From the NCBI GenBank assembly GCA_029210945.1, contig JARGGH010000009.1, forward strand, positions 11,991 to 75,990: DNA of 64,000 nucleotides, read 5' to 3'. Both the position numbers and the translations under genes were made by a program. The notes below the pieces were generated by a model. It ran no database searches. It was not told where the DNA came from and saw nothing but the letters and a program-made list of their open reading frames with translations. Within the stretch, counting starts at the first letter, position 1. Each line of letters begins with the position of its first letter. This document shows positions 1 through 9,394 of the stretch, one piece after another. This DNA is from Anaerolineales bacterium (GTDB lineage Bacteria; Chloroflexota; Anaerolineae; Anaerolineales; E44-bin32).

Positions 1-225
1 ACGGTAATTGGCAAATAGATCGGGGCTAAGGCCTATGCCCATCCCGCCCCCAGGACCGCCCATCATATCGTTCATCATCGCACCCATCGCTGCGAGGTGC
101 CGCTGAAACGAGTTTGGTATGGTCAGTTCTGCTGCCGTGGCGAGCACGATCACGCCGATCAAGATCACGATCATGTAGGACAGGAACAATTTCCAGGCCA
201 GGCGTTTCCTGAGCGCAGCAATCAT
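1..225 (-). CDS. sensor histidine kinase, N-terminal fragment (continues beyond window start)
   Basis: Open at the window edge, so absent from the ORF track. The ATG at 225 overlaps the TGA of the upstream response regulator (ATGA at 222-225). Hand translation: MIAALRKRLAWKLFLSYMIVILIGVIVLATAAELTIPNSFQRHLAAMGAMMNDMMGGPGGGMGIGLSPDLFANYR. This gives a short N-terminus, a TM helix, then a Met/Gly-rich loop. Its position after an OmpR-type regulator fits a cognate kinase. It replaces track ORF 26..262, which is in another frame. Confidence 0.6.
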   Translation of the reverse strand, partial: MIAALRKRLAWKLFLSYMIVILIGVIVLATAAELTIPNSFQRHLAAMGAMMNDMMGGPGGGMGIGLSPDLFANYR

Positions 226-937
226 GATATCCCTCCGCCATCTCTAAAACGGTAGCCGACACTCGGCATGGTGCCGATTAGATCCTCATCACCGAGTTTC
301 TGTCTGATATGCCCGATATAGACATCGACGACCCTGATCTCACCGAAATAATCGCAGCCCCAGACCTTTTCGAGCACTTGTTCGCGGCTTAGAACGCCGC
401 CGGGCTTCTCGGCCAGTGCAAGGAGCAGGTCGAATTCTGTGGCCGTCGACTCGATTTCATCTTCATCGACCCACACTCGGCGGCCGCCTGTGTCGATACG
501 CACGTGCTCAAATGCGAGCACTTTGTCTTCCGGCACACCCGCCCCGCCCTTCAATCTGCGCAGCGCGGCTTTGACGCGGCCGACAAGCTCACGCGATCTG
601 AACGGTTTGGTGAGGCACCACCGACACCAACCGACAGGCCGATAATCTTATCTGTCTCCTCGGCTTTGGCGGTGAGCATATTCACGCAGATGTCCGATTC
701 GCGCCGCAGACGGGTCAATACTTCGACATCGTCGATGCCCGGCAGCATGATGTCCAGAATGAGTAGATCAGTCTTATACACACGGGCCGATTTCAGCGCG
801 GCCTCACCTTGCAGTGCGGTGATCACCTGGTAGCCCTCTTTCTCAAGAAAAGCTTTCACGATGTCCAGAATGGACTGTTCGTCGTCAACAACGAGTATTT
901 TCGAATGACCGGCATCAGGTGGTCGAGGGCTGACCAT
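222..937 (-). pseudogene. OmpR/PhoB-family response regulator with one reading-frame break
   Basis: Track ORF 551..937 is the receiver domain (KILVVDDE, LLILDIMLPGIDD, MLTAKAEETDKIIGLSVG). Track ORF 222..554 is the winged-helix output domain (TEFDLLLALAEKPGGVLSREQVLEKVWG...VDVYIGHIRQKL...GYRF). The halves lie in different frames. The switch is needed at about 610-630, where the usual GADDYLTKPF reads GVGG-(shift)-LTKPFRSRELVGRVKAALRR. Confidence 0.7.
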
Positions 938-1192
938 GCCTCTGTTCCTTTCAATAGCCTACAGAAGCTCCTGCCTTCGGATTCAGCATCTCGCCTTCCT
1001 GTAGCGCATCCACTTTAATGAAGACTCGCTGAGGTGGACCGTATCGGGATCGGTTATGGGAGGATGCACGGGGCAGAATCTCACCGCAGTGTTCTTGTGG
1101 TTCCTTGTATCAAGTTCCTCCTGCCAGAACGCATCAGACAGAAAGTAGTGACTTCTTCGTATGGCGTTTTAATCAAGCGATGCTTGCCAGGA

Positions 1193-1227
1193 GCGGCGCC
1201 TCCCGTCAGAAAAGCGGGAGGCGCCGC
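1193..1227 (-). terminator. GC-rich hairpin downstream of the DUF302 gene (terminator-like, no clear U tract)
   Basis: Perfect 13-bp inverted repeat: GCGGCGCCTCCCG (1193-1205), 9-nt loop, CGGGAGGCGCCGC (1215-1227). It starts about 15 nt after the stop at 1242. Confidence 0.45.
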
Positions 1228-1241
1228 CAGGCGAGTGGATA

Positions 1242-1649
1242 CTACCCGGTCAACGCTTCAAAGACCCGGCGCAGGCGGGACCGGGCTTCGTCCGCAACCG
1301 ACTGAAGTCCGGGGCTTTCCACAATGCCAAGCATCGATATTGGATCGATGATTGAAATCACGCTGCCGCCGTTATTGGACCCGTAGACGATGACGTTGCA
1401 GGGAAGCAGCAAGCCAATCTCCAGTTCTTCCTGCAGCGCCTTGTGCGCCAGCAGCGGATTGCAGGCTCCCAGGATTGAGTACTTGCGGAAATCCGCGTCC
1501 AGCTTCTTCTTCAAAGTCGCCTTCACATCGATCTCCGTCAAAACGCCGAACCCTTCAGATCGCAGCGCTTCCGTCACGCGCTCCACAGCCTCTTCATAGG
1601 GCAGCGGCACTTCCGTGCGGTATGCGATCTCTCTTATTTCACTACTCAT
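1242..1649 (-). CDS. DUF302 domain protein
   Basis: MSSEIREIAYRTEVPLPYEEAVERVTEALRSEGFGVLTEIDVKATLKKKLDADFRKYSILGACNP...LLLPCNVIVY matches my memory of the DUF302 pattern. Start moved to the ATG at 1649, preceded by GGAGG. Confidence 0.8.
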   Translation of the reverse strand: MSSEIREIAYRTEVPLPYEEAVERVTEALRSEGFGVLTEIDVKATLKKKLDADFRKYSILGACNPLLAHKALQEELEIGLLLPCNVIVYGSNNGGSVISIIDPISMLGIVESPGLQSVADEARSRLRRVFEALTG

Positions 1650-1721
1650 ATCGTTTCCTCCATTGGTCTGATCTGTAGGCAAATCCTGCTTGGGTGAGAA
1701 TTACTCTTGGGTATCAACGTT

Positions 1722-2546
1722 TCATTCAATCTCGCCAGCCTCGCCTGACATCTCGATCAAATCGCCGTGCCAGGTGTGCAGGAATACGCTGCGGGAGTAG
1801 CCGTTCACGCTCAACATGCCGACTGTCTCGCCATCACGGTTGATGTGCAGTGTATAGTAGCCGTAGAACGGATCGGCGTGCTCATCTGCCTCAGCACCAG
1901 GAAGGTAGGCATCAAGGTAGCGCTGAGCGATTTCGACCGCTTCGCTTTCTGAAATGTTTAGCTCCTCATTTGAAGAAGGCAGGTAGGAGGCGCCCATCAT
2001 GCCGGATCCAGCCATCGGGCTATACTTCAGGTTCCACATCATATTGGGACCATATTCGGGGAACACTGTGCCCGTGACAGGGTCAACCAAAACCTCCATC
2101 GCCCCGATGCCCGTACTCTTCTCGACGATCTGGACATAGGCGTGGTTGTCAAAGACCATGATTTCCCCCACTTCGAGGTCATTGTCGTCGAATGCGTCAA
2201 GATAGTCATTGATGGCTTCTTCAACTTGCTCAAGGGAGAGTGGTTCAACACCCAGCAGCGAGTTCGAGCCGGAGGATCCCATCATGCCAGAGCCCATCAT
2301 CATGCCCCCGTTCATCATCCCGCCAAAATATCCACCGGGGGCAGATTGGTTGTAGCCCATCATTCCGGGCCCCCTGCCGTATCCCTGATCCCAATCGTCG
2401 AAGCCTGAGCTGCCCATCATGCTCCAGGGCGCGTATCCTGCGGGACCCCACCACCTGCTCCCGAAGTTGACTCCAACGAGCACCAGCGCCGCTGCGGCGA
2501 TGACCGTAACCAGAGCGATTAACGTGTTGCGTAAACCTTTATTCAT
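1722..2546 (-). CDS. membrane-anchored Met/Gly-rich protein with two PepSY-like repeats
   Basis: N-terminal TM anchor (LIALVTVIAAAALVLVGV). Then a low-complexity run: GPGMMGYNQSAPGGYFGGMMNGGMMMGSGMMGSSGS. Then two repeats of PepSY-like shape (LSLEQVEEAINDYL...; ISESEAVEIAQRYL...YYTLHINRDGETVGMLSVNGYS). It is a paralogue of 7423..8082. Confidence 0.7.
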   Translation of the reverse strand: MNKGLRNTLIALVTVIAAAALVLVGVNFGSRWWGPAGYAPWSMMGSSGFDDWDQGYGRGPGMMGYNQSAPGGYFGGMMNGGMMMGSGMMGSSGSNSLLGVEPLSLEQVEEAINDYLDAFDDNDLEVGEIMVFDNHAYVQIVEKSTGIGAMEVLVDPVTGTVFPEYGPNMMWNLKYSPMAGSGMMGASYLPSSNEELNISESEAVEIAQRYLDAYLPGAEADEHADPFYGYYTLHINRDGETVGMLSVNGYSRSVFLHTWHGDLIEMSGEAGEIE

Positions 2547-2901
2547 TGCGTAAACCTCCGTTAGAAATGGGGCTCATCGATGCCCCGCTTTGATTATCCA
2601 AAGTCTAAACGGAGACATTGAAGCACCGGTGTGCTCTCATTAAAGGTTCGGTAAAGAATAGCCCCGCTTCCTTCGGAATTTGAGTGACTTCCGATTGAGC
2701 CGCTGATGGTTTGCAGGAGCCGCACCCAGGGGAGTGCGCATCGGAGCGGCAATGTGACATATGACTTCAACACCATCCAGGCGCATCACAGGCAATTGTG
2801 CTCAGATCACACCCCGCGATTTACCTCTAGCTTAAGGACCTCCTGGAACAGAGAATTAGGGCGCATCATGGACAATACTCTGCCGGAGCGGAGGTGCGCA
2901 C

Positions 2902-3279
2902 ATGGGTTTTGGCGAGAGACTCCTCGCAACAAATATTCATGCTCATGAGCTCGTGCCTGTGATCATGCTTTCGTTGCAAGAAAAGGGGCTGAGTGTTTTC
3001 AAGACCTTCAGCCTCGATTCCGCCTGTGCGCCTCTAAACACCCCCTGCCCTCATCACGGCACAACCCCCTGCAGCTGCAGGCTCGTTATCCTCATATTGG
3101 TTACCGAACAAGACGTCTGTCACAGTCTCATCGTCCACGGTAGCGACGGGGAGAGTGAGATTGCCATCTTAGATGCTGATAACGAACTCGTCGAGGAAGT
3201 GAGACGAATCGTATTGGACGGCATAGACCTCTTGGGCTTGCCTGGTGAGGAAACCAATCAGGCGCTTGTGAGAGGTTGA
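2902..3279 (+). CDS. hypothetical small protein with a Cys/His cluster (CPHHGTTPCSC)
   Basis: Only the ORF and a dense C-x-HH-x4-C-x-C cluster support this. The start is uncertain (an alternative Met lies at 2965). I recognise no family, and no convincing RBS was seen. Confidence 0.35.
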   Translation: MGFGERLLATNIHAHELVPVIMLSLQEKGLSVFKTFSLDSACAPLNTPCPHHGTTPCSCRLVILILVTEQDVCHSLIVHGSDGESEIAILDADNELVEEVRRIVLDGIDLLGLPGEETNQALVRG

Positions 3280-3596
3280 GTTGCGAATAGGACGTGCTAT
3301 CGATTTGAATTAATGACCCAAGATTGCTGGTTCCAGCTTTCAAATAATAGATAGATGATCTCTCGAATGCCTGGCTGATCTGGTGAGCCAATACCCATGG
3401 ACTAAAGCGATAGGCGATGGGAAGCTTCTCGGCAGCAATAATCGACGAATAGATATTTCCTATTTCATTCGAGCGAGAGTATGCATGTTTAGATAGGCCA
3501 TATAGCCCTTGTATTCGGACCATGATTGTCCAAATTAATTTAATCATGGGAGAGGGTCTCGTTTCCCCGGTCAACTGTCCAGAAGAGAGGTCTTAA

Positions 3597-6296
3597 ATGA
3601 TGAAAGATCCCGTGTGTGGAATGACAATCGACCCTGCCAAGGCAGCGGCCACCCGCAGGGTTAAAGGGCAGACCTATTACTTCTGCTCTGATACTTGTGT
3701 GGAGAAGTTCGATCTGGATCCGGCTATATATATAAATCCCTCAGAGAGCAATTCCAGCCTCCTTGTGGAACGTGCGACTCCAATATCTTTAACGACGGGT
3801 GTTTCAGACGGCACGGGTGAGCACGTCCGGGTCGAACTCCCCGTGGCTGGGCTGGACTGCGCGATGTGTGTTCAAACGATTGAACGTTCACTTGAAAACG
3901 TCGAAGGCGTGCAGGACGTACACGTAAATTTCGCCCTTGGAAAGGCCCATGTTGTGTATGATCAGGATCTCGTCGGGCTCCCTGAGCTCACTGAAACCAT
4001 AAAGCGCGCAGGCTATGAGGTCGGGTTAGCTGAGACACAGTTGCGAATAGTAGAGGGACTGCATTGCGCCTCCTGTGTGCGAACGATCGAGAAGGCAGTT
4101 TCCAGGGTCCCCGGAGTGCTCGATGTCACTTTGAACCCCGCCACTGACAAAGCGTCCGTCCGGTACATACCAGGAGAGACAAACCTACAGGCAGTTCGGT
4201 CAGCTGTAGAATCGACGGGTTATTCCGTCGTCCGGTCTGCTGAAGAACCCGAGGGCATCGATGAAGAAACCGCCGCTCACCAGCGTGAATACCGGGGTCT
4301 TATGCGGAAGTTCTGGTTTGCGGCCGCTATCTCGCTGCCAGTAATGCTTGTTGCATACCCTGAAATTCCCTGGCTGTATCTTCCGAACCGTTTCCTGAAT
4401 GAGGTTTCCGAATCGCTTATAAGGTTGCTGTTCGCTCTTTCCGCGGTGGCTACGCTGCCAGTAATGGCCTACTCAGGCCGGCAATTTTTCACCGGCGCCT
4501 GGGCTGCGTTCAAGCACCACTCTGCCGACATGAACACTTTGATCGCACTGGGCACCAGCGCGGCGTGGATCTACTCCACGGTAGCCATGATCGCGCCCAA
4601 GGTCTTCCCAGAGGGTACCGCGACGCCTTTCTATGATGTCGCCGCGGTCGTTACGGCTCTTGTCGTGCTTGGACAGGCACTCGAAGTACGGGCAAAAGGT
4701 CAGACCAGTCAGGCCATCCGTAAACTTCTTGATTTGCAAGCCAAGACTGCACGAGTCCTGCGCGACGGGCGCGAATTGGAGATCCCTGTCGAAGAAGTCT
4801 TGGTGGGCGATGTGATCCTCGTCCGTCCTGGCGATAAGATCCCTGTGGACGGCGAGATCATCGACGGACGTTCTGCAGTTGATGAGTCGATGGTGACGGG
4901 CGAAAGTCTTCCGGTGGATAAGAACGTCGGCGATGAGGTCATTGGTGCAACCGTCAACACAACGGGCAGCTTTAGATTTAAGGCGACAAAGGTGGGCAAA
5001 GATACTGCTCTCGCCCAGATCGTCAAAATGGTTCAGGACGCGATGGGCTCTAAAGCGCCGATCGCACGCTTGGTTGATGTAGTATCCAGCTACTTCGTCC
5101 CGATCGTGATGATTATCGCGATCCTGACCTTCCTAATATGGTTCAATTTCGGTTCTAGCCAGGCATTGGCATTTGCGGTTGTGACCGCGGTTACCGTTCT
5201 GATCATAGCCTGCCCATGTGCTGTGGGCATGGCTGTTCCGATGAGCCTGGTCGCAGGTGTAGGCAAGGGTGCCGAACACGGTGTACTGATCCGCAACGGC
5301 GAAGCGTTGCAGACAGCCTCCGGATTGAAAACTATCGTGCTTGACAAAACCGGAACCATAACCAAGGGAAAACCTGAACTAACCGATATCGTCCCGGCAG
5401 AAGGTTTCGATGCCAACACTCTACTGCAATACGCAGCGAGTGCGGATTTACTCAGCGAACACCCGCTGGCACAAGCTATCGTCATCGGAGCTAAAGAGCG
5501 GGCTATCGATCTAATCGAACCGTCCGATTTCAATGCAGTTCCCGGGCATGGTGTGGAGACGGTGATTGATGACCATGAAGTGTATATCGGCAATCTCAAA
5601 CTGATGCGCCGTCACAAGATTGATTTGATCGAGATTTCGGTCGACGCAGAAAGACTGCAAGCCGCTGGAAAGACCGCTATGTTCGTTGCCATCGATGGTA
5701 AACCGGCCGGTGTCGTGGCGGTCGCCGACACGATCAAAGAGGATTCGGTTCACGCGATACAGGTTATGCACCACCTCGGTTTGGAGGTCATCATGCTGAC
5801 CGGCGATAACGAGCGCACCGCCCAGGCGATCGCTCGTCAGGTCGGGATTGACCGCGTGCTCGCCGAAGTCCTTCCCGAGGACAAGGCTAGAGAGGTCCAC
5901 ATGATGAAAGCCCGGGGAGAAAAAGTGGGCATGGTGGGTGACGGCATCAACGACGCACCGGCACTGGTCGAGGCAGATGTCGGATTCGCTATTGGCACCG
6001 GGACGGATGTCGCCATTGAAGCCGCCGATATCACGCTAATGAGCGGAAGCCTAAGGGGCGTGGCCTACGCGATCGAGATCTCGCGGGCAACGATGCGAAA
6101 CGCCAAGCAAAACCTGGTCGGCGCGTTCGTTTATAACACCATTGGTATTCCGATTGCCGCCGGTGTGCTCTATCCGTTCTTTGGGCTGCTGCTCTCACCC
6201 ATCATCGCCGGCGCAGCAATGGCTGCTTCGAGCGTGACGGTTGTCACGAACGCCAATCGCTTGCGCTTCTACAAGGCCAAAGAGTTTTCGGCCTAG
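3597..6296 (+). CDS. copA: copper-translocating P1B-type ATPase with N-terminal YHS/TRASH domain plus two HMA domains
   Basis: YHS/TRASH: [10 protein letters not shown]...[15 protein letters not shown] 1: [11 protein letters not shown] 2: [13 protein letters not shown] motif: [12 protein letters not shown]. Also DKTGTIT and GDGINDAP. Confidence 0.95.
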   Translation: MMKDPVCGMTIDPAKAAATRRVKGQTYYFCSDTCVEKFDLDPAIYINPSESNSSLLVERATPISLTTGVSDGTGEHVRVELPVAGLDCAMCVQTIERSLENVEGVQDVHVNFALGKAHVVYDQDLVGLPELTETIKRAGYEVGLAETQLRIVEGLHCASCVRTIEKAVSRVPGVLDVTLNPATDKASVRYIPGETNLQAVRSAVESTGYSVVRSAEEPEGIDEETAAHQREYRGLMRKFWFAAAISLPVMLVAYPEIPWLYLPNRFLNEVSESLIRLLFALSAVATLPVMAYSGRQFFTGAWAAFKHHSADMNTLIALGTSAAWIYSTVAMIAPKVFPEGTATPFYDVAAVVTALVVLGQALEVRAKGQTSQAIRKLLDLQAKTARVLRDGRELEIPVEEVLVGDVILVRPGDKIPVDGEIIDGRSAVDESMVTGESLPVDKNVGDEVIGATVNTTGSFRFKATKVGKDTALAQIVKMVQDAMGSKAPIARLVDVVSSYFVPIVMIIAILTFLIWFNFGSSQALAFAVVTAVTVLIIACPCAVGMAVPMSLVAGVGKGAEHGVLIRNGEALQTASGLKTIVLDKTGTITKGKPELTDIVPAEGFDANTLLQYAASADLLSEHPLAQAIVIGAKERAIDLIEPSDFNAVPGHGVETVIDDHEVYIGNLKLMRRHKIDLIEISVDAERLQAAGKTAMFVAIDGKPAGVVAVADTIKEDSVHAIQVMHHLGLEVIMLTGDNERTAQAIARQVGIDRVLAEVLPEDKAREVHMMKARGEKVGMVGDGINDAPALVEADVGFAIGTGTDVAIEAADITLMSGSLRGVAYAIEISRATMRNAKQNLVGAFVYNTIGIPIAAGVLYPFFGLLLSPIIAGAAMAASSVTVVTNANRLRFYKAKEFSA

Positions 6297-6382
6297 CAGC
6301 ATCATGATGGTATTGACGCATCGAAAGCGCTCCGCTCGCCCCATGATAACCAATTGAGGATACGATCGAAGGAGGTTTCGAA

Positions 6383-6757
6383 ATGGATCTATCGACAGCA
6401 ATTGTCAACCTGATCGGTTTGGCGCTGATCGGCTGGATCGCATGGTACTTCTGGATCTACCAGAAGCAAGGCATTCAAGTGGCCGAAGTGGCCGGAGTCC
6501 AGGAGGTGCCCATAACTGTCAAAGGAGGCTATGATCCCGATGTGATCGTCGTCAAACGTGGGAAACCTGTCCGGCTGCTGTTCAACCGGCAGGAATCGGC
6601 GCTGTGCAGCGAGATGGTCCTGTTCGACAAGATCGACCAGTCAGCCACGCTCCCTGAAGGAGAGACTGTCAGAATCGAGTTCACTCCCGAACAGGCGGGC
6701 GAGATTAACTTCCAATGCCAGATGGGGATGCTGCGCGGCAAGGTCGTTGTGGAGTAA
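6383..6757 (+). CDS. membrane-anchored cupredoxin-like domain protein (type often found after copA)
   Basis: N-terminal TM (IVNLIGLALIGWIAWYFWIY), then ITVKGGYDPDVIVVKRGKPVRLLFNRQESALCSEMVLFDK...IEFTPEQAGEINFQCQMGMLRGKVVVE. This matches the remembered cupredoxin_1-type pattern. Confidence 0.8.
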   Translation: MDLSTAIVNLIGLALIGWIAWYFWIYQKQGIQVAEVAGVQEVPITVKGGYDPDVIVVKRGKPVRLLFNRQESALCSEMVLFDKIDQSATLPEGETVRIEFTPEQAGEINFQCQMGMLRGKVVVE

Positions 6758-6926
6758 GCTCTGCAGATCTTAGTGAGCTCAAACATGACGCTTCCAAAAG
6801 CTTTCAAACGTACTGGGACGGTGCTGCTGGCCTGGGCTTTATTCTCTCTACATCGTACTCCTCACCCAGGATGTCCTGCGGCGAACCCCTGCGCGTGAAA
6901 TTACGACTGAACTCCCAGGCATCGGA

Positions 6927-7250
6927 ATGGTCACCATGCAATTGACAACGGCCCCCTATCCTCCTTTACCGACAGGAATAGTGCGTCTGTACTTCGAACT
7001 ACGCCTGACGGGCAGTTCAAAATTCCTTGAATTGGAGCGCTTGAGCTACAGATACGGCCGAGAGGACACTGACAGCCCCGATGGCTGCGGAGAAGCGTCC
7101 CTGATCCCGGATCGCAGAGGAACTTACCAGGCGGGTATTACTTTCGGTGCTGCTGGACGCTGGTGGGTACGCACGACACTGGAGCGGAACAGACAGCAAG
7201 CAGAGATGGAATTCACTGTCGTCGTTGAGCCAGCACAGCGAGATCCTTGA
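6927..7250 (+). CDS. YtkA/FixH-like domain protein, probably missing its signal anchor through a frameshift
   Basis: ELPGIGMVTMQLTTAPYPPLPTGIVRLYFEL...EMEFTVVV has the shape of a YtkA-like Ig-fold domain. A signal-anchor-like ORF (ATG 6785, MTLPKAFKRTGTVLLAWALFSL...) lies just upstream in another frame. The frames could join near the TCTCTC run at about 6843-6850. Confidence 0.5.
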   Translation: MVTMQLTTAPYPPLPTGIVRLYFELRLTGSSKFLELERLSYRYGREDTDSPDGCGEASLIPDRRGTYQAGITFGAAGRWWVRTTLERNRQQAEMEFTVVVEPAQRDP

Positions 7251-7422
7251 TGTGATGCAGCTTCGATTGAAAACAGCGTTATCGGTTCTCGGGTTCTTGG
7301 GGCATTATCCCCAACGTTGAAGAGCATAGAGTTACATCCAGCCCTCATCCTCATGTGAAGAGGGTTCCCGTCTCTTACCCAATTTACGCCAAGCTAGATA
7401 AGCCTCACCACTGCTTGGTAGA

Positions 7423-8082
7423 GTGTCGATGGATACTACCTCTCCCGGATCTGCGAACACACGAGCATACAGTCTTGCCGAAGGTTCGATGGGAATGTTC
7501 GGGGCTTCCGGAGGCTATCTCTACGGATTCGATGTCTCCAGTCCAACGCCACGCGAGGAGGTCGTGAATGCCGTGCGCATCTTTCTCGATCGATGGGATA
7601 ACCCCGACCTGCAAATTGGGCGCACCCGTGAATTTAAATTTGCATATCGGGTCGATGTTATCGAGCGCAGCACCGGTCGCTTCGCTTTTGGACTCATGTT
7701 CGGAAAAGCGACCTGGCAAGTATCTCCAGAGGCCGGGCCGAACATCCTCTGGAATACGAAGTACGGGACTTCAATCGCGGAAGTTGGTGGAGGCTATGGC
7801 ATGATTGGGCGTATGCTGACAACCAGAGATACAGATGCGCCGATGCCTATCACCGAAAAATCCGCCAGAGAGATCGCCATCAGGGCTGTTGATGAGTTCG
7901 GCGAGGATCTTGCATTAGGGGAGGCAGTGGACATGTATTACGGATTCTACGAGTTTTATCTCACCGATAGTAACGCGGAGCCTGTGGGCGAGCTGGATGT
8001 CAACGGTTACAGCGGGCAGGTTTGGTTCAAAGACTGGGGAGCCCCGCAACGAACCGCTCAAGAATTGCTGCCTGGCGAATGA
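7423..8082 (+). CDS. PepSY-like repeat protein, paralogue of 1722..2546 without anchor or Met-rich tract
   Basis: Shared blocks with 1722..2546: EAGPNILWNTKYG vs EYGPNMMWNLKYS; ITEKSAREIAIRAV vs ISESEAVEIAQRYL; YYGFYEFYL...VGELDVNGYSGQVWF vs FYGYYTLHI...VGMLSVNGYSRSVFL. The start codon is uncertain. Confidence 0.6.
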   Translation: MSMDTTSPGSANTRAYSLAEGSMGMFGASGGYLYGFDVSSPTPREEVVNAVRIFLDRWDNPDLQIGRTREFKFAYRVDVIERSTGRFAFGLMFGKATWQVSPEAGPNILWNTKYGTSIAEVGGGYGMIGRMLTTRDTDAPMPITEKSAREIAIRAVDEFGEDLALGEAVDMYYGFYEFYLTDSNAEPVGELDVNGYSGQVWFKDWGAPQRTAQELLPGE

Positions 8083-8206
8083 ATCCGAATACAGACCCCT
8101 GCCGGTTGGGCAATCAATCTCAAAGCAGTATTGTTCCAGGGATGGCTTGTCAGCTTCCGGTGGGTTTGCGAGTGACCACTAGAAACACAGCCAATAGGGG
8201 CGCAGC

Positions 8207-9388
8207 ATGAAAATACCCTCACGTCAGAGCCGGGTGTCCACACCCGGGTTTTCTCGTATCGATGCGATTCTTGCATTGTCCGTAGTGTTTCTGTGGGCAC
8301 TATGTTTTCCTTTAATCAGCGCCGGCCTGGAAATGGCTCCTCCGTTGTTGTTCGGTGCATTAAGATCCGTCATCGCGGGGGCCGCCATCCTGCTGCCCGC
8401 GTTCATCCTTCGAATACGACTGCCGACTGACTGGAGAGTCTGGTTGGGCATCTCAGGGGTCGGGATTGCCTATTCAAGTCTGGGGTTTGCAGGGATGTTC
8501 ATGGCTGGTGGAAGCATCAGCCCTGGCCTGGCAACGGTCCTCGCAAATACACAACCGCTCATCGCTGCCGGGCTTGCATATTTCGCCTTGAACGAACACT
8601 TGGGACCACGCCGGAAGACCGCTCTCTTGATTGGTTTTGTCGGTATTTTGGTCATTGCTGCACCTGGCTTTGGTGCAGGGACCACCAATGTGAGCCTCGC
8701 CGGGGTGGGCTTCGTCCTTATCGGTGCGCTTGGTGTAGCACTCGGTAATGTTCTGCTGAAGCGCCTGGCAACGAATGTGGATCTGCTCATGCTGGTGGGA
8801 TGGCAGTTCGTGTTGGGTTCGTTGCCGCTATTTGTCTTCTCCTGGGCCATAGAGACAGATCGCACGATCATTACAGGAGGACCATTCTGGATTGTCCTGC
8901 TCACACTCGCCTTGCCTGGCACAGCATTGGCATTTCTGGTCTGGGCATACCTTCTTCGCCGGCATAGCCTCACGAGATTAAATACATTTACCTTCCTTAC
9001 GCCTGTGGTTGCGCTCGTCATTGGTGCAGTAGGGTTTTCCGAGAAACTTACCTTCGTGGAGGGCATTGGTATCGCGACGACCATGGCCGGTGCCTGGTGG
9101 GCGGCCCGGGCGATGGCTATTGAAATCTCACCTGAAGCACGATCCAGTACACCCACGTCTCCTTATACACAAGTCAAGACGACCGCTGTCAACACTCGGC
9201 ATGGTAGACAGGTTGATATGGTAAGAAGGGAAGCCGTGAGCATCAGGGCAGTTGACTATCCTCAAGCGATACATATCGATCCCGACCCAGCTGGCCTGGC
9301 CAAAGGAGATCACCGGGGCGCCGATAAGGGTTCAGGCGCGTGCTACGCACAGCCGATTTCTGTGGATGCTCAAGCAGGTGATCCTTGA
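8207..9388 (+). CDS. EamA/DMT-family transporter with an unusual ~90-aa C-terminal tail
   Basis: About ten hydrophobic helices in two EamA-like halves up to about 9120. The hydrophilic tail (9120-9388) overlaps the IS remnant region. Confidence 0.8.
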   Translation: MKIPSRQSRVSTPGFSRIDAILALSVVFLWALCFPLISAGLEMAPPLLFGALRSVIAGAAILLPAFILRIRLPTDWRVWLGISGVGIAYSSLGFAGMFMAGGSISPGLATVLANTQPLIAAGLAYFALNEHLGPRRKTALLIGFVGILVIAAPGFGAGTTNVSLAGVGFVLIGALGVALGNVLLKRLATNVDLLMLVGWQFVLGSLPLFVFSWAIETDRTIITGGPFWIVLLTLALPGTALAFLVWAYLLRRHSLTRLNTFTFLTPVVALVIGAVGFSEKLTFVEGIGIATTMAGAWWAARAMAIEISPEARSSTPTSPYTQVKTTAVNTRHGRQVDMVRREAVSIRAVDYPQAIHIDPDPAGLAKGDHRGADKGSGACYAQPISVDAQAGDP

Positions 9389-9394
9389 TACCCT

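Noticed and set aside
26-262. Track ORF 26..262 (-), 78 aa.
   Set aside because: Its translation is Arg/Asp-rich with no family features. A different frame on the same strand gives a clean TM helix plus sensor-kinase-like N-terminus, with an ATGA overlap to the regulator.
3128-3574. Minus-strand ORF of 148 aa in the A/T-rich stretch upstream of copA.
   Set aside because: It overlaps the 3' end of the plus-strand Cys/His ORF. The translation has no motifs, and the start context is poor. It is kept only as part of the unexplained-region finding.
8470-9156. Long antisense or off-frame ORFs inside real genes. Examples: 8470..9156, 12505..13161, 17429..18277, 18287..18943, 27422..28258, 29414..30013, 54786..55721, 56019..56600.
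   Set aside because: These are typical shadow ORFs of GC-rich DNA. They fully overlap genes with strong family motifs, and their translations are Arg/Pro/Gly/Ser-rich without motifs.
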